In this document: one piece after another, positions 43,187 through 55,938 of the stretch
How positions within the stretch are numbered: position 1 is the first letter of the stretch
Layout of the letters: each line of letters begins with the position of its first letter
From: Escherichia coli
GTDB taxonomy: Bacteria > Pseudomonadota > Gammaproteobacteria > Enterobacterales > Enterobacteriaceae
Reading direction: 5' to 3' (one strand)
Length of the DNA stretch: 64,000 nucleotides
NCBI RefSeq assembly: GCF_044324875.1
Contig: NZ_CP172185.1
Translations under genes and position numbers: made by a program
Notes under the pieces: model-generated
What the model was told of the DNA's origin: nothing
The model's database searches: none
What the model saw: only the letters and a program-made list of their open reading frames with translations

Positions 43187-43216
43187 AAGGCCTGGCGCAA
43201 TGTCAGGCCTTTTTTA
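43187..43216 (+). terminator. aqpZ rho-independent terminator
   Basis: AGGCCTGGCGCAATGTCAGGCCT hairpin + T-run. Confidence 0.6.
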
Positions 43217-43239
43217 AATATATTTATTCATCTTCCTGT

Positions 43240-43500
43240 TGCGCTCCTTGATGTGTTAAGCCACATATAGTCACTGGCGCAGGGAGCGCGCAGGGGGCGG
43301 CCAATCGCCGCCGCCCCCTGCACCCCCGGGCTCTGGCGAACAAAATCGCCGCTGCGCGGTGCCCTCGACTTATCCCTTGCGGCTACCGGGTCGGGCGCGA
43401 GGTAACATCCCTGTAAAACGCGCCCTCAGCCCACATCCATGTGGGCTGCCCCGGCCTTCAGGGAACGCCTCGGCGATTTTGACGCCACCAACACCGGTGC
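43240..43500. repeat. GC-rich palindromic intergenic element
   Basis: Long inverted repeats (GCAGGGGGCGGC..GCCGCCGCCCCCTGC; GCCCACATCCATGTGGGC) in a ~70% GC segment unlike its surroundings. Confidence 0.5.
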
Positions 43501-43660
43501 GGTTTGTAATTAAAGCGCAAGAATATCTTTAAATGAAAATGAATACCCTACCGATCCTTATGCATAACATTTCCTTTTAATTGCAACTTTACTCGTCCTT
43601 CCGCTTTCAGTAGTGTGTCATCGCGCATTTCGACTTCATCTTTGCAAGGACTGGGTTTTC

Positions 43661-44560
43661 ATGTTTTCTGGGCTGTTAATCATTCTGGTTCCCCTGATTG
43701 TGGGTTACCTCATTCCTCTTCGCCAAAAAGCTGCATTAAGAGTTATTAATCAGCTATTAAGCTGGATGGTTTACCTCATTCTCTTTTTTATGGGTATCAG
43801 TCTGGCGTTTCTCGATAACCTCGCCAGTAACCTGTTGGCGATTCTGCATTATTCCGCCGTCAGCATTACCATTATTTTACTCTGCAATATTATTGCGTTG
43901 TTGTGGCTGGAGCGCGGTCTGCCGTGGCGCAACCACCACCAGCAAGAAAAACTCCCGTCGCGTATTGCGATGGCGCTGGAGTCGCTAAAACTGTGCGGCG
44001 TAGTAGTGATTGGTTTTGCCATTGGTCTGAGTGGACTGGCTTTCTTACAACACGCGACCGAAGCCAGTGAATACACCTTAATTCTGCTACTTTTCCTCGT
44101 CGGTATTCAGTTGCGCAATAATGGCATGACCTTAAAGCAGATTGTCCTTAATCGCCGGGGAATGATTGTCGCCGTGGTGGTGGTTGCCAGTTCATTAATT
44201 GGTGGTTTAATTAACGCCTTTATTCTTGATCTTCCCATCAATACCGCGCTGGCAATGGCCTCTGGTTTCGGCTGGTATTCTCTTTCCGGTATTTTATTGA
44301 CCGAATCTTTTGGTCCGGTAATCGGGAGCGCGGCGTTTTTTAATGATCTGGCCCGTGAGCTGATTGCAATTATGTTGATCCCTGGGCTGATTCGCCGCAG
44401 CCGCTCTACCGCACTGGGCTTATGCGGTGCGACGTCGATGGATTTCACCCTGCCCGTTCTTCAACGTACTGGCGGGCTGGATATGGTCCCGGCGGCAATT
44501 GTTCACGGTTTTATTCTTAGCCTGTTAGTGCCGATCCTCATCGCCTTTTTCTCTGCGTAA
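43661..44560 (+). CDS. lysO: Lysine exporter LysO (YbjE)
   Basis: 299-aa polytopic membrane protein from MFSGLLIILVPLIVGY. Confidence 0.9.
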   Translation: MFSGLLIILVPLIVGYLIPLRQKAALRVINQLLSWMVYLILFFMGISLAFLDNLASNLLAILHYSAVSITIILLCNIIALLWLERGLPWRNHHQQEKLPSRIAMALESLKLCGVVVIGFAIGLSGLAFLQHATEASEYTLILLLFLVGIQLRNNGMTLKQIVLNRRGMIVAVVVVASSLIGGLINAFILDLPINTALAMASGFGWYSLSGILLTESFGPVIGSAAFFNDLARELIAIMLIPGLIRRSRSTALGLCGATSMDFTLPVLQRTGGLDMVPAAIVHGFILSLLVPILIAFFSA

Positions 44561-44703
44561 TACCTCTCTGGCGGTAGATCCCTGCCGCCAAAATTGCGCT
44601 AAATCAATCTCCCTTAAAGTTGCATGAAAAATCCCTTTTATCCCTGCGTTAAGCGTCTTAACCTTAAACATGTATATTAAATATAATTTTAAAAGGTGTG
44701 ATC

Positions 44704-46356
44704 ATGTTTTGTGTGCAATGTGAACAAACTATCCGTACTCCGGCAGGAAACGGCTGCTCATACGCGCAGGGGATGTGTGGTAAAACGGCGGAAACCTCTG
44801 ACCTTCAGGATTTACTCATCGCGGCGCTGCAAGGGCTTTCGGCCTGGGCGGTAAAAGCGCGTGAATACGGCATCATCAACCACGATGTAGACAGCTTTGC
44901 GCCACGCGCATTTTTCTCAACCCTGACCAACGTTAACTTCGATTCTCCGCGTATAGTCGGCTACGCTCGTGAAGCGATTGCCCTGCGCGAGGCGCTGAAA
45001 GCACAATGCCTGGCTGTAGATGCCAACGCCCGCGTCGATAACCCGATGGCTGACCTGCAACTGGTGAGCGATGATCTCGGCGAGCTGCAACGTCAGGCAG
45101 CAGAATTTACCCCTAACAAAGATAAAGCGGCGATTGGCGAAAACATTCTCGGCCTGCGCCTGCTGTGCCTGTATGGCCTGAAAGGTGCGGCGGCCTATAT
45201 GGAACACGCACACGTTCTCGGTCAATACGACAATGATATTTACGCCCAGTACCATAAAATCATGGCGTGGCTGGGGACCTGGCCTGCCGATATGAACGCG
45301 CTTCTTGAGTGTTCAATGGAAATCGGCCAGATGAACTTCAAAGTGATGAGCATTCTGGATGCAGGCGAAACCAGTAAATACGGTCACCCGACGCCAACCC
45401 AGGTCAACGTCAAAGCGACGGCGGGTAAATGCATTCTGATTTCCGGTCACGATCTCAAAGATCTCTACAACCTGCTGGAACAGACCGAAGGCACGGGCGT
45501 TAATGTCTACACCCACGGCGAAATGCTGCCTGCGCATGGCTACCCGGAGCTGCGTAAATTCAAGCATCTGGTCGGTAACTACGGCAGCGGCTGGCAGAAT
45601 CAGCAAGTGGAGTTCGCTCGTTTCCCTGGCCCCATCGTGATGACCTCGAACTGCATCATCGACCCAACCGTAGGCGCTTATGACGATCGTATCTGGACCC
45701 GCAGCATCGTTGGCTGGCCGGGTGTGCGTCATCTGGATGGCGAAGATTTCTCTGCGGTCATCGCCCAGGCGCAACAAATGGCGGGCTTCCCGTACAGCGA
45801 AATTCCGCACCTGATCACCGTGGGCTTTGGTCGCCAGACGCTGCTTGGCGCAGCCGATACGTTGATTGATCTGGTGAGACGTGAAAAACTGCGTCATATC
45901 TTCCTGCTTGGTGGCTGTGACGGCGCACGCGGCGAACGTCACTACTTCACCGATTTCGCCACCAGCGTGCCGGATGACTGCCTGATCCTGACTCTCGCCT
46001 GTGGTAAATATCGCTTTAACAAACTTGAGTTTGGCGATATCGAAGGTCTGCCGCGTCTGGTGGATGCCGGTCAGTGTAACGATGCTTACTCAGCAATTAT
46101 TCTGGCGGTAACGCTGGCAGAAAAACTGGGCTGCGGAGTCAACGATCTGCCGCTGTCGCTGGTGCTCTCCTGGTTTGAACAGAAAGCGATTGTCATTCTG
46201 CTGACGCTGCTTTCTCTGGGTGTGAAAAATATCGTCACCGGCCCGACTGCACCTGGTTTCCTGACACCAGACCTGCTGGCGGTGCTGAACGAGAAATTCG
46301 GCCTGCGTTCTATCACCACTGTTGAAGAAGACATGAAGCAACTGTTGAGCGCGTAA
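44704..46356 (+). CDS. hcp: Hybrid-cluster protein (hydroxylamine reductase)
   Basis: 550 aa from MFCVQCEQT (N-terminal Cys cluster motif). Confidence 0.95.
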   Translation: MFCVQCEQTIRTPAGNGCSYAQGMCGKTAETSDLQDLLIAALQGLSAWAVKAREYGIINHDVDSFAPRAFFSTLTNVNFDSPRIVGYAREAIALREALKAQCLAVDANARVDNPMADLQLVSDDLGELQRQAAEFTPNKDKAAIGENILGLRLLCLYGLKGAAAYMEHAHVLGQYDNDIYAQYHKIMAWLGTWPADMNALLECSMEIGQMNFKVMSILDAGETSKYGHPTPTQVNVKATAGKCILISGHDLKDLYNLLEQTEGTGVNVYTHGEMLPAHGYPELRKFKHLVGNYGSGWQNQQVEFARFPGPIVMTSNCIIDPTVGAYDDRIWTRSIVGWPGVRHLDGEDFSAVIAQAQQMAGFPYSEIPHLITVGFGRQTLLGAADTLIDLVRREKLRHIFLLGGCDGARGERHYFTDFATSVPDDCLILTLACGKYRFNKLEFGDIEGLPRLVDAGQCNDAYSAIILAVTLAEKLGCGVNDLPLSLVLSWFEQKAIVILLTLLSLGVKNIVTGPTAPGFLTPDLLAVLNEKFGLRSITTVEEDMKQLLSA

Positions 46357-46367
46357 GGAGTTTGTCG

Positions 46368-47336
46368 ATGACGATGCCAACGAATCAATGCCCGTGGCGG
46401 ATGCAGGTTCATCACATTACGCAAGAAACGCCGGATGTGTGGACGATTTCCCTGATTTGCCACGATTACTACCCATATCGCGCCGGGCAATATGCACTGG
46501 TCAGCGTGCGTAACTCAGCGGAAACGCTGCGTGCTTACACCATTTCCTCCACGCCAGGCGTGAGTGAATACATCACCCTGACTGTGCGGCGGATTGATGA
46601 CGGTGTCGGCTCCCAGTGGCTGACGCGCGATGTAAAACGCGGTGATTATCTCTGGCTTTCGGACGCGATGGGGGAATTTACCTGCGACGATAAAGCAGAA
46701 GATAAATTCCTGTTGCTGGCGGCAGGCTGCGGCGTCACGCCGATTATGTCGATGCGTCGCTGGCTGGCGAAGAACCGTCCGCAGGCCGATGTGCAAGTGA
46801 TCTACAACGTGCGTACGCCGCAGGATGTGATTTTCGCCGATGAGTGGCGCAACTATCCGGTGACGCTGGTGGCAGAAAATAACGTTACCGAAGGCTTTAT
46901 CGCTGGTCGTCTCACTCGCGAACTGCTGGCAGGTGTCCCTGACTTAGCTTCACGTACCGTGATGACCTGCGGCCCGGCTCCGTATATGGATTGGGTAGAG
47001 CAGGAAGTGAAAGCGCTCGGCGTGACGCGTTTCTTTAAAGAGAAATTCTTCACCCCAGTAGCGGAAGCGGCGACCAGCGGTCTGAAATTCACCAAACTGC
47101 AACCGGCACGAGAATTTTACGCCCCGGTTGGCACCACGCTACTGGAGGCGCTGGAAAGCAATAACGTTCCGGTTGTCGCTGCCTGCCGTGCGGGTGTTTG
47201 CGGCTGCTGTAAGACGAAAGTGGTTTCCGGTGAATATACGGTGAGCAGCACAATGACGCTGACCGACGCCGAAATCGCTGAAGGTTACGTGCTGGCCTGC
47301 TCCTGCCATCCGCAGGGAGATTTGGTTCTCGCATAA
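46368..47336 (+). CDS. hcr: NADH oxidoreductase for Hcp
   Basis: 322 aa; C-terminal 2Fe-2S ferredoxin motif CRAGVCGCC. Confidence 0.95.
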   Translation: MTMPTNQCPWRMQVHHITQETPDVWTISLICHDYYPYRAGQYALVSVRNSAETLRAYTISSTPGVSEYITLTVRRIDDGVGSQWLTRDVKRGDYLWLSDAMGEFTCDDKAEDKFLLLAAGCGVTPIMSMRRWLAKNRPQADVQVIYNVRTPQDVIFADEWRNYPVTLVAENNVTEGFIAGRLTRELLAGVPDLASRTVMTCGPAPYMDWVEQEVKALGVTRFFKEKFFTPVAEAATSGLKFTKLQPAREFYAPVGTTLLEALESNNVPVVAACRAGVCGCCKTKVVSGEYTVSSTMTLTDAEIAEGYVLACSCHPQGDLVLA

Positions 47337-47348
47337 TCGCCTTATGCC

Positions 47349-47380
47349 CGATGATATTCCTTTCATCGGGCTATTTAACC
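47349..47380 (+). terminator. hcp-hcr operon terminator
   Basis: GCCCGATGATATTCCTTTCATCGGGC hairpin + T-rich tail. Confidence 0.55.
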
Positions 47381-47468
47381 GTTAGTGCCCCCTTTTTCTC
47401 CCATCCCTTCCCCCTCCGTCAGATGAACTAAACTTGTAACCGTTATCACATTCAGGAGATGGAGAACC

Positions 47469-49187
47469 ATGAAACAAACGGTTGCAGCTTATATCGCCAA
47501 AACACTCGAATCGGCAGGCGTGAAACGCATCTGGGGAGTCACGGGCGACTCTCTGAACGGTCTTAGCGACAGTCTTAATCGCATGGGCACCATCGAGTGG
47601 ATGTCCACCCGCCATGAAGAAGTGGCGGCGTTTGCCGCTGGCGCTGAAGCACAACTTTCAGGAGAACTGGCGGTCTGTGCCGGATCGTGCGGCCCCGGAA
47701 ACCTGCACTTAATCAACGGCCTGTTCGATTGTCACCGCAATCACGTTCCGGTACTGGCGATTGCCGCTCATATTCCCTCCAGCGAAATTGGCAGCGGCTA
47801 TTTCCAGGAAACCCACCCACAAGAGCTATTCCGCGAATGTAGCCACTATTGCGAGCTGGTTTCCAGCCCGGAGCAAATCCCACAAGTGCTGGCGATTGCC
47901 ATGCGCAAAGCGGTGCTAAACCGTGGCGTTTCCGTTGTCGTGTTACCGGGCGACGTGGCGTTAAAACCTGCGCCAGAAGGGGCAACCTCGCACTGGTATC
48001 ATGCGCCACAGCCAGTCGTGACGCCGGAAGAAGAAGAGTTACGCAAACTGGCGCAACTGCTGCGTTATTCCAGCAATATCGCCCTGATGTGTGGCAGCGG
48101 CTGCGCGGGGGCGCATAAAGAGTTAGTTGAGTTTGCCGGGAAAATTAAAGCGCCTATTGTTCATGCCCTGCGCGGTAAAGAACATGTCGAATACGATAAT
48201 CCGTATGATGTCGGAATGACGGGATTAATTGGCTTCTCGTCAGGTTTCCATACCATGATGAACGCCGACACGTTAGTGCTACTCGGTACTCAGTTCCCCT
48301 ACCGCGCCTTCTACCCGACCGATGCCAAAATCATTCAGATTGATATCAACCCAGCCAGCATCGGCGCTCACAGCAAGGTGGATATGGCACTGGTCGGCGA
48401 TATCAAGTCGACTCTGCGTGCATTGCTGCCATTGGTGGAAGAAAAAGCCGATCGCAAGTTTCTGGATAAAGCGCTGGAAGATTACCGCGACGCCCGCAAA
48501 GGGCTGGACGATTTAGCTAAACCGAGCGAGAAAGCCATTCACCCGCAATATCTGGCGCAGCAAATTAGTCATTTTGCCGCCGATGACGCCATCTTTACCT
48601 GTGACGTTGGTACGCCAACGGTGTGGGCGGCACGTTATCTGAAAATGAACGGCAAGCGTCGTCTGTTAGGTTCGTTTAACCACGGTTCGATGGCTAACGC
48701 CATGCCGCAGGCGTTGGGTGCGCAGGCAACCGAGCCGGAACGTCAGGTGGTCGCCATGTGCGGCGATGGCGGTTTTAGCATGTTGATGGGCGATTTCCTC
48801 TCAGTAGTGCAGATGAAACTGCCGGTGAAAATTATCGTCTTTAATAACAGCGTGCTGGGCTTTGTGGCGATGGAGATGAAAGCCGGAGGCTACCTGACAG
48901 ACGGTACTGAGCTGCACGACACCAACTTTGCCCGCATTGCCGAAGCGTGCGGAATTACGGGTATTCGCGTGGAAAAAGCCTCTGAAGTCGATGAAGCCCT
49001 GCAACGCGCCTTTTCCATCGACGGTCCGGTGCTGGTGGATGTGGTGGTCGCCAAAGAAGAATTAGCCATTCCACCGCAGATCAAACTCGAACAGGCCAAA
49101 GGTTTCAGCCTGTATATGCTGCGCGCAATCATCAGCGGACGCGGCGATGAAGTGATCGAACTGGCGAAAACAAACTGGCTAAGGTAA
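47469..49187 (+). CDS. poxB: Pyruvate oxidase (ubiquinone)
   Basis: 572 aa, TPP/FAD enzyme; recognised as PoxB. Confidence 0.95.
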   Translation: MKQTVAAYIAKTLESAGVKRIWGVTGDSLNGLSDSLNRMGTIEWMSTRHEEVAAFAAGAEAQLSGELAVCAGSCGPGNLHLINGLFDCHRNHVPVLAIAAHIPSSEIGSGYFQETHPQELFRECSHYCELVSSPEQIPQVLAIAMRKAVLNRGVSVVVLPGDVALKPAPEGATSHWYHAPQPVVTPEEEELRKLAQLLRYSSNIALMCGSGCAGAHKELVEFAGKIKAPIVHALRGKEHVEYDNPYDVGMTGLIGFSSGFHTMMNADTLVLLGTQFPYRAFYPTDAKIIQIDINPASIGAHSKVDMALVGDIKSTLRALLPLVEEKADRKFLDKALEDYRDARKGLDDLAKPSEKAIHPQYLAQQISHFAADDAIFTCDVGTPTVWAARYLKMNGKRRLLGSFNHGSMANAMPQALGAQATEPERQVVAMCGDGGFSMLMGDFLSVVQMKLPVKIIVFNNSVLGFVAMEMKAGGYLTDGTELHDTNFARIAEACGITGIRVEKASEVDEALQRAFSIDGPVLVDVVVAKEELAIPPQIKLEQAKGFSLYMLRAIISGRGDEVIELAKTNWLR

Positions 49188-49223
49188 AAAGGGTGGCATT
49201 TCCCGTCATAATAAGGACATGCC

Positions 49224-50225
49224 ATGATTGATTTACGCAGTGATACCGTTACCCGACCGAGCCGCGCCATGCTCGAAGCGATGATGGCCGCCCCGGTTGG
49301 GGACGACGTTTACGGAGACGACCCTACCGTTAATGCTCTGCAGGACTATGCAGCAGAGCTTTCCGGTAAAGAAGCCGCCATTTTTCTGCCTACCGGCACT
49401 CAGGCCAACCTGGTCGCTCTGCTCAGTCACTGTGAACGCGGCGAAGAGTATATTGTCGGTCAGGCCGCGCATAACTATCTGTTTGAAGCCGGTGGCGCGG
49501 CGGTGCTGGGCAGTATTCAACCGCAACCCATCGACGCGGCTGCCGACGGCACGCTACCGCTGGATAAAGTGGCGATGAAAATCAAACCCGACGATATCCA
49601 TTTCGCCCGCACCAAATTACTCAGTCTGGAAAACACCCACAACGGCAAAGTGCTGCCGCGGGAATACCTGAAAGAAGCATGGGAATTTACTCGCGAGCGC
49701 AATCTGGCGCTGCATGTTGACGGTGCGCGCATCTTTAATGCCGTGGTGGCTTACGGCTGCGAACTGAAAGAGATCACGCAATATTGTGATTCGTTCACCA
49801 TTTGCCTGTCGAAAGGACTTGGGACGCCAGTCGGCTCGTTACTCGCCGGTAATCGTGATTACATTAAACGCGCCATCCGCTGGCGGAAAATGACCGGTGG
49901 CGGGATGCGCCAGTCCGGCATTCTGGCTGCCGCCGGGATGTATGCCCTGAAAAATAACGTCGCGCGCTTACAGGAAGACCACGACAACGCCGACTGGATG
50001 GCGGAGCAGTTGCGTGAAGCAGGCGCGGATGTGATGCGTCAGGACACCAATATGCTGTTTGTTCGCGTCGGGGAAGAAAATGCTGCCGCGTTAGGCGAAT
50101 ACATGAAAGCGAGAAACGTGCTGATTAACGCCTCGCCGATTGTCCGCCTGGTGACTCATCTTGACGTCTCGCGTGCACAACTGGCGGAAGTCGCCGCCCA
50201 CTGGCGCGCATTCCTGGCGCGTTAA
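49224..50225 (+). CDS. ltaE: Low-specificity L-threonine aldolase
   Basis: 333 aa; recognised as LtaE. Confidence 0.95.
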   Translation: MIDLRSDTVTRPSRAMLEAMMAAPVGDDVYGDDPTVNALQDYAAELSGKEAAIFLPTGTQANLVALLSHCERGEEYIVGQAAHNYLFEAGGAAVLGSIQPQPIDAAADGTLPLDKVAMKIKPDDIHFARTKLLSLENTHNGKVLPREYLKEAWEFTRERNLALHVDGARIFNAVVAYGCELKEITQYCDSFTICLSKGLGTPVGSLLAGNRDYIKRAIRWRKMTGGGMRQSGILAAAGMYALKNNVARLQEDHDNADWMAEQLREAGADVMRQDTNMLFVRVGEENAAALGEYMKARNVLINASPIVRLVTHLDVSRAQLAEVAAHWRAFLAR

Positions 50226-50235
50226 GGAGGGAGAC

Positions 50236-51666
50236 GTGCCGCAACGCATTTTAGTTCTCGGTGCCAGTGGCTATATTGGTCAGCATCTGGTGCGAACACT
50301 CAGCCAGCAGGGGCATCAGATCCTGGCGGCGGCACGTCATGTCGACAGGCTTGCAAAGCTGCAACTGGCAAATGTCAGTTGCCATAAAGTCGATCTCAGC
50401 TGGCCGGATAACCTTCCGGCCCTGTTGCAGGATATCGATACGGTCTATTTTCTGGTGCACAGCATGGGCGAAGGCGGCGATTTTATCGCTCAGGAGCGCC
50501 AGGTGGCTCTCAACGTCCGCGATGCGCTACGTGAAGTCCCAGTTAAGCAATTAATCTTTCTCAGTTCGTTGCAGGCCCCGCCACATGAGCAATCGGACCA
50601 TCTGCGTGCCCGTCAGGCTACGGCGGATATTCTTCGTGAAGCGGGTGTCCCGGTGACCGAATTGCGTGCCGGAATAATCGTTGGTGCAGGTTCAGCGGCG
50701 TTCGAAGTCATGCGCGATATGGTCTACAACCTGCCAGTCTTAACGCCGCCACGCTGGGTACGTTCACGCACCACGCCCATCGCGCTGGAAAACTTGCTGC
50801 ACTATCTGGTGGCGCTGTTAGATCATCCGGCCAGCGAACATCGCATCTTCGAAGCCGCCGGACCAGAAGTGCTCAGTTATCAGCAACAGTTTGAACATTT
50901 TATGGCGGTGAGCGGTAAGCGCCGCTGGTTGATCCCCATCCCCTTTCCGACCCGCTGGATTTCGGTGTGGTTTCTCAATGTGATTACTTCCGTACCGCCC
51001 ACCACCGCCAGGGCGTTGATTCAGGGGCTGAAACACGATCTGCTGGCGGATGACACCGCGTTACGTGCACTCATCCCACAACGGCTGATTGCTTTCGATG
51101 ACGCGGTACGTCGCACCCTGAAAGAGGAAGAAAAGCTGGTCAACTCCAGCGACTGGGGATACGACGCTCAGGCCTTTGCCCGCTGGCGACCGGAGTACGG
51201 TTATTTCGCCAAACAGGCGGGGTTTACCGTTAAAACGTCCGCCAGCCTTGCGGCTTTATGGCAGGTGGTGAATCAAATCGGCGGTAAAGAGCGTTATTTC
51301 TTTGGCAATATTTTGTGGCAAACCCGGGCGTTGATGGACCGCGCGATCGGTCATAAGCTGGCGAAAGGCCGCCCGGAGCGTGAATATTTGCAGACCGGCG
51401 ATGCGGTGGATAGCTGGAAGGTGATTGTCGTTGAACCGGAAAAACAACTTACGCTGTTATTTGGCATGAAAGCGCCGGGGCTGGGACGACTGTGTTTTAC
51501 CCTGGAAGATAAAGGCGACTATCGTACTATCGATGTTCGCGCATTCTGGCATCCGCACGGTATGCCGGGGCTGTTTTACTGGTTATTGATGATCCCCGCG
51601 CATCTGTTTATTTTTCGCGGAATGGCAAAACAAATCGCCAGACTGGCAGAACAAAGCACAGATTAA
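50236..51666 (+). CDS. ybjT: NAD(P)-binding Rossmann-fold protein YbjT
   Basis: GTG start at 50236 after GGAGGGAG SD; N-terminal [11 protein letters not shown] dinucleotide motif; track ORF begins at an upstream ATG inside ltaE. Confidence 0.85.
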   Translation: MPQRILVLGASGYIGQHLVRTLSQQGHQILAAARHVDRLAKLQLANVSCHKVDLSWPDNLPALLQDIDTVYFLVHSMGEGGDFIAQERQVALNVRDALREVPVKQLIFLSSLQAPPHEQSDHLRARQATADILREAGVPVTELRAGIIVGAGSAAFEVMRDMVYNLPVLTPPRWVRSRTTPIALENLLHYLVALLDHPASEHRIFEAAGPEVLSYQQQFEHFMAVSGKRRWLIPIPFPTRWISVWFLNVITSVPPTTARALIQGLKHDLLADDTALRALIPQRLIAFDDAVRRTLKEEEKLVNSSDWGYDAQAFARWRPEYGYFAKQAGFTVKTSASLAALWQVVNQIGGKERYFFGNILWQTRALMDRAIGHKLAKGRPEREYLQTGDAVDSWKVIVVEPEKQLTLLFGMKAPGLGRLCFTLEDKGDYRTIDVRAFWHPHGMPGLFYWLLMIPAHLFIFRGMAKQIARLAEQSTD

Positions 51667-51764
51667 TCGACAAAACCTACGTTATTCTTTCATGTTTCCC
51701 ATTGCATCATGGGGGAAATCACGGAAGAATGCGCACGTCATTTTCTCAACAACAGTGGATTGAT

Positions 51765-52778
51765 ATGAAGGTACTGGTTACCGGCGCCACCAGCGGCTTA
51801 GGTCGAAACGCGGTAGAGTTTTTATGCCAGAAAGGCATCAGCGTGCGAGCGACCGGTCGCAACGAGGCAATGGGTAAATTGCTGGAAAAAATGGGCGCAG
51901 AGTTTGTTCCGGCGGATCTGACCGAGCTGGTCTCATCACAAGCTAAAGTGATGCTCGCGGGCATTGATACGCTGTGGCACTGCTCCAGCTTTACCTCGCC
52001 CTGGGGGACACAACAGGCTTTCGATCTGGCTAACGTTCGCGCCACTCGCCGCCTGGGTGAATGGGCTGTCGCCTGGGGTGTGCGTAACTTTATTCATATC
52101 TCTTCCCCCTCCCTGTACTTCGATTATCACCACCATCGCGATATTAAAGAAGATTTTCGCCCTCACCGCTTCGCCAACGAGTTTGCCCGCAGCAAAGCAG
52201 CCAGCGAAGAGGTGATCAATATGCTTTCGCAGGCGAATCCACAAACGCGCTTTACTATTCTGCGCCCACAAAGTCTGTTCGGACCGCACGATAAAGTCTT
52301 TATTCCCCGTCTGGCGCATATGATGCACCACTATGGCAGCATTCTGTTACCGCACGGCGGCAGTGCGCTGGTGGATATGACCTACTATGAAAATGCCGTG
52401 CACGCCATGTGGCTGGCAAGCCAGGAAGCCTGCGATAAGCTACCTTCCGGGCGTGTGTACAACATCACCAATGGCGAGCATCGCACACTGCGCAGCATCG
52501 TGCAGAAGCTGATCGACGAGTTGAATATTGACTGTCGTATTCGTTCCGTCCCCTACCCGATGCTGGATATGATCGCCCGCAGCATGGAGCGTTTAGGCCG
52601 CAAGTCAGCAAAAGAGCCGCCGCTGACCCACTACGGCGTCTCCAAGTTGAATTTTGACTTTACGCTGGATATTACGCGTGCGCAGGAAGAGTTAGGTTAT
52701 CAACCAGTCCTCACCCTGGATGAAGGTATCGAGAAAACTGCCGTCTGGCTACGCGACCACGGAAAACTGCCGCGCTAA
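51765..52778 (+). CDS. ybjS: NAD-dependent epimerase/dehydratase-family protein YbjS
   Basis: 337 aa from [13 protein letters not shown]. Confidence 0.9.
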   Translation: MKVLVTGATSGLGRNAVEFLCQKGISVRATGRNEAMGKLLEKMGAEFVPADLTELVSSQAKVMLAGIDTLWHCSSFTSPWGTQQAFDLANVRATRRLGEWAVAWGVRNFIHISSPSLYFDYHHHRDIKEDFRPHRFANEFARSKAASEEVINMLSQANPQTRFTILRPQSLFGPHDKVFIPRLAHMMHHYGSILLPHGGSALVDMTYYENAVHAMWLASQEACDKLPSGRVYNITNGEHRTLRSIVQKLIDELNIDCRIRSVPYPMLDMIARSMERLGRKSAKEPPLTHYGVSKLNFDFTLDITRAQEELGYQPVLTLDEGIEKTAVWLRDHGKLPR

Positions 52779-53605
52779 TCCTGCCCGTATTTCTCCAGCA
52801 ACGCTTCGGCAATCGCCTGAGTTTCTGCATCCGCTTCGCCGTTGTATAACGTCGGGCGGAAATGCATCTGGAACGCCATAATCACGCGCCGCTGCTCGCG
52901 CGGTGTCATATCAGGTTTAACGTCATAACCGTAGCGCGCCAAAAGCTCCAGCAATGACGCGGTATCTACCGGTGTGTGCGGCGCGCGCCCGGCAAGGTAA
53001 AAGTTCACCCGCTGCGCATCCGGCCAGGCACCAATCCCCTGCTGCGCCAGTTGTTGCCAGAGGAATAACGGCCCCGGATCGTCTTTGCGCTGCGGCGCAA
53101 TATCCGCATGTGCCACTACGTTTTCCGGCTTGATGTGATAACGGGCAATAATATCTTTCGCCAGCGGAATAAGCGCCTGAATCTGTGCCTGTTCAAACGG
53201 GGCAAAATATTTCACTCCGGCTGATTTCTGCCAGCCACGGTTTTCCAGCTCAATGCCAATAGAGGTGTCGTTAAGGCGCGTTGCCCCGCGCCAGGCGCTA
53301 ATCCCCGCATGCCAGGCCAGTTCTTCTTCCGGCACCAGTTGCCAGATGCGCGGTTTACCGTTGTATCGCGGTGGCACAGCAGGCACCAGATAATGCGAGC
53401 TGACCTGCTTATCGGTCAGTGTCGCCAGCGAGCTATCAAAATCATCTGCGGTGTAGTGGATCACCAGCACTTTAATGCGCGGATACGCCGCCTGCGCCTG
53501 GCGTCGGGTATCAAGCTGATATCCCTCTTTCTCGACAATGCCTTTTTCGCCTGCACACCCTGCCAATAACAGAGCGACAGCGACCAGCCAAAAGACTCTT
53601 CTCAT
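52775..53605 (-). CDS. amiD: N-acetylmuramoyl-L-alanine amidase AmiD (lipoprotein)
   Basis: 276 aa with lipobox LLAGC; amidase_2 family. Confidence 0.9.
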
Positions 53606-53925
53606 CGACGCGTTTTCACCGCCGTACCGCTGACGCTAACCATCAGCATACTGCCATTTTGCCCGACCGTTTCATAGTCGATATCAATACCAACCACGGC
53701 ATCGGCCCCCAGCGCCCGGGCCTGATCGCCGAGCTCCTCAAAGGCGATCTCCCGCGCTTTACGCAATTCTTTTTCATAAGCCCCGGAGCGTCCGCCAACG
53801 ATATCGCGGATACCGGCAAAGAAATCACGGAAAATATTGGCACCTAAAATCGCTTCGCCGGTCACCACACCGCAATATTCGACGATGGTCTGGCCTTCCA
53901 GAGTTGGGGTTGTAGAAAATTGCAT
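53602..53925 (-). CDS. ybjQ: YbjQ-family (UPF0145) protein
   Basis: 107 aa; conserved position upstream of amiD with overlapping stop/start. Confidence 0.9.
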
Positions 53926-54135
53926 GATCGATCTCCTTGTTTGTTAAGCCTTCGATCTCTAAAGCATTATCGGACTGATATGCCATGTTGGGAAGAAGGT
54001 TTTGATCAGTTTAGGAAATCATCTCATTGTGTCAAAAACACCCACTTAAGTCTTTACGATTATCCGTTGCATAACCCGATATTGGTTTCATTATAGGGTA
54101 CCGCTTACCTGTCTTATTATGTTGCACCAACAACA

Positions 54136-55938
54136 TTAATGAGCGGAAAGAGGCAACTTATATTGTAAATGACTCCTAAAGTCTTCCCCATCTTGTGACT
54201 GAGGTATATACCTCTGGATTGCTTTTTGGTCAGACGCCGCAAAACAAGAAAGTAATAAGATCTCAATGCTTTTGTCATTAATATAAGCGAAGATCATTCT
54301 TGCAAATTCGTAAATAAACGCCCGATCCTGAGCGCTTAATAGTTTAATGCAATATTTATTCTTAAGAGAGAAAATAATTTCAAGGAAAGCATCCGCAGCA
54401 ACCTTCACGTTATTCCCGGCGCTCATATTATATATATCTCTTGCACAGATAGAGTACAGAGATAGTAAACAGCCATACAAATAATCATTTATTAATTCTT
54501 TTGTCCATTTTACTGGCAACCAGGGTTTTATCTTGACACCATGCATACTACAGTCATGAAAAAGACATTTACTGAAATTAACTCTTATCATATCAACATT
54601 GAAAAAATTGCAGTTAATAAATTTTAAAGAATGAGTATTTACGTTGTTAATTTTAACAGATCTGAACGAAATATTTTTGAATACACTGTTTATTACATTG
54701 CTATTTGTTATTTTAACATCACCTAAACTGCCGTTTTCAAAGCAACACTTCTTCAATATACTTTCATTCACAACAGTATGTGATAAATGGAGATTATTTA
54801 TGTTTTGCTTTATTAATGCCACGTCATTAAAATGACTATATTTAATAAAGCATCCATTATTGAGTAGTGTTTTAAGATTGACTAAATTAGTTGCATCTTC
54901 ACATACCATCGTGGCAACTGGAACAGGCAACGACATGAAAACTTCTTCATTCACCATCAAGTGGATCATGCATTGCGTTCCCTTTGTCATATCCACACTT
55001 ACGCTACAAATATCGTTGTAATGCGCAGAGTGCATTTCAGGAAACAGATTAAACACGGTATCTTGAAAGGCACTAAATCGTGTTAATAAATCCTGATAAT
55101 GAACAGGTCTTGTTTCAAAATTATCATCAGCAAATCCAAGCACTATTGCATGCTCTACATCTAACGCAGTTTCAAATGACTCTTCTTCTGTAAAATCATT
55201 ATTTAAAACCTCACCTGACGTATTTTCACTGTCATAAAAAGTACCCATCAATGCGATATTGTTTGTTACAGAGTCTTTTTCGATATTCTCACTAATTACA
55301 TATCGCCTGCTATAATCATAAAAATGAATAAACGCATCCTTTATAAAGGATATATATTGCTCTTTGTTAAAGTCAATACGACTGTATAATTTTTCAAAAA
55401 TCACATTCGCAATCTTACTACCCATAGTATGCCTGTATAATAATGGGTGCGATTCAATCGTAAAATACTTGTCTAATTGATGTTGTAATTTATTCTCATA
55501 GTCTAGTGGGAAAAGAAATTTTTGTCTTTCAAGTTTCCCATTCGATACATTACGTATTCCAATGGTAATTCTTTCATTACCCACTTTTATTTCAACTTCG
55601 TTATCTTCTGATTTGCCAAGATATTTTTTAACATCAATCTCGAAAGCATTACTAAAAAATATATTAAATTGATAATTCGCTGATGGAATATTTTCCGCTA
55701 GCAACTCATCATTTTTTATGAGATCACTATCAGCATTTATTGCTAATATCAGATGCAAGTAGATGGTGTCCCATGTAGACAACTCACCCTTACGACTGGA
55801 ATTTAATATCGCGAAAAATTCCTTCAGTGAATCGAGGAAATTATCACTTTGATTCAGTTGTGTGCCTGGAAATGATGATGCTTGATCAGATATATTGTTT
55901 ATCATATTAAAAATCACCCAAGGGAAAAGATATTCCAC
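54136..55938 (-). CDS. Pentapeptide-repeat protein (600 aa), candidate secreted effector (EspX-like)
   Basis: AT-rich ORF; residues ~400-460 form ~11 consecutive pentapeptide repeats (NSVFK NISFR SVKIN NVNTH SLKFI NCNFF NVDMI RVNFS KCLFH DCSMH GVKIK). Confidence 0.6.
   Translation of the reverse strand: MEYLFPWVIFNMINNISDQASSFPGTQLNQSDNFLDSLKEFFAILNSSRKGELSTWDTIYLHLILAINADSDLIKNDELLAENIPSANYQFNIFFSNAFEIDVKKYLGKSEDNEVEIKVGNERITIGIRNVSNGKLERQKFLFPLDYENKLQHQLDKYFTIESHPLLYRHTMGSKIANVIFEKLYSRIDFNKEQYISFIKDAFIHFYDYSRRYVISENIEKDSVTNNIALMGTFYDSENTSGEVLNNDFTEEESFETALDVEHAIVLGFADDNFETRPVHYQDLLTRFSAFQDTVFNLFPEMHSAHYNDICSVSVDMTKGTQCMIHLMVNEEVFMSLPVPVATMVCEDATNLVNLKTLLNNGCFIKYSHFNDVALIKQNINNLHLSHTVVNESILKKCCFENGSLGDVKITNSNVINSVFKNISFRSVKINNVNTHSLKFINCNFFNVDMIRVNFSKCLFHDCSMHGVKIKPWLPVKWTKELINDYLYGCLLSLYSICARDIYNMSAGNNVKVAADAFLEIIFSLKNKYCIKLLSAQDRAFIYEFARMIFAYINDKSIEILLLSCFAASDQKAIQRYIPQSQDGEDFRSHLQYKLPLSAH

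Noticed and set aside
54644-54835. 63-aa plus-strand ORF inside the pentapeptide-repeat gene
   Set aside because: Antisense within an AT-rich gene where random ORFs are frequent; no supporting signals.
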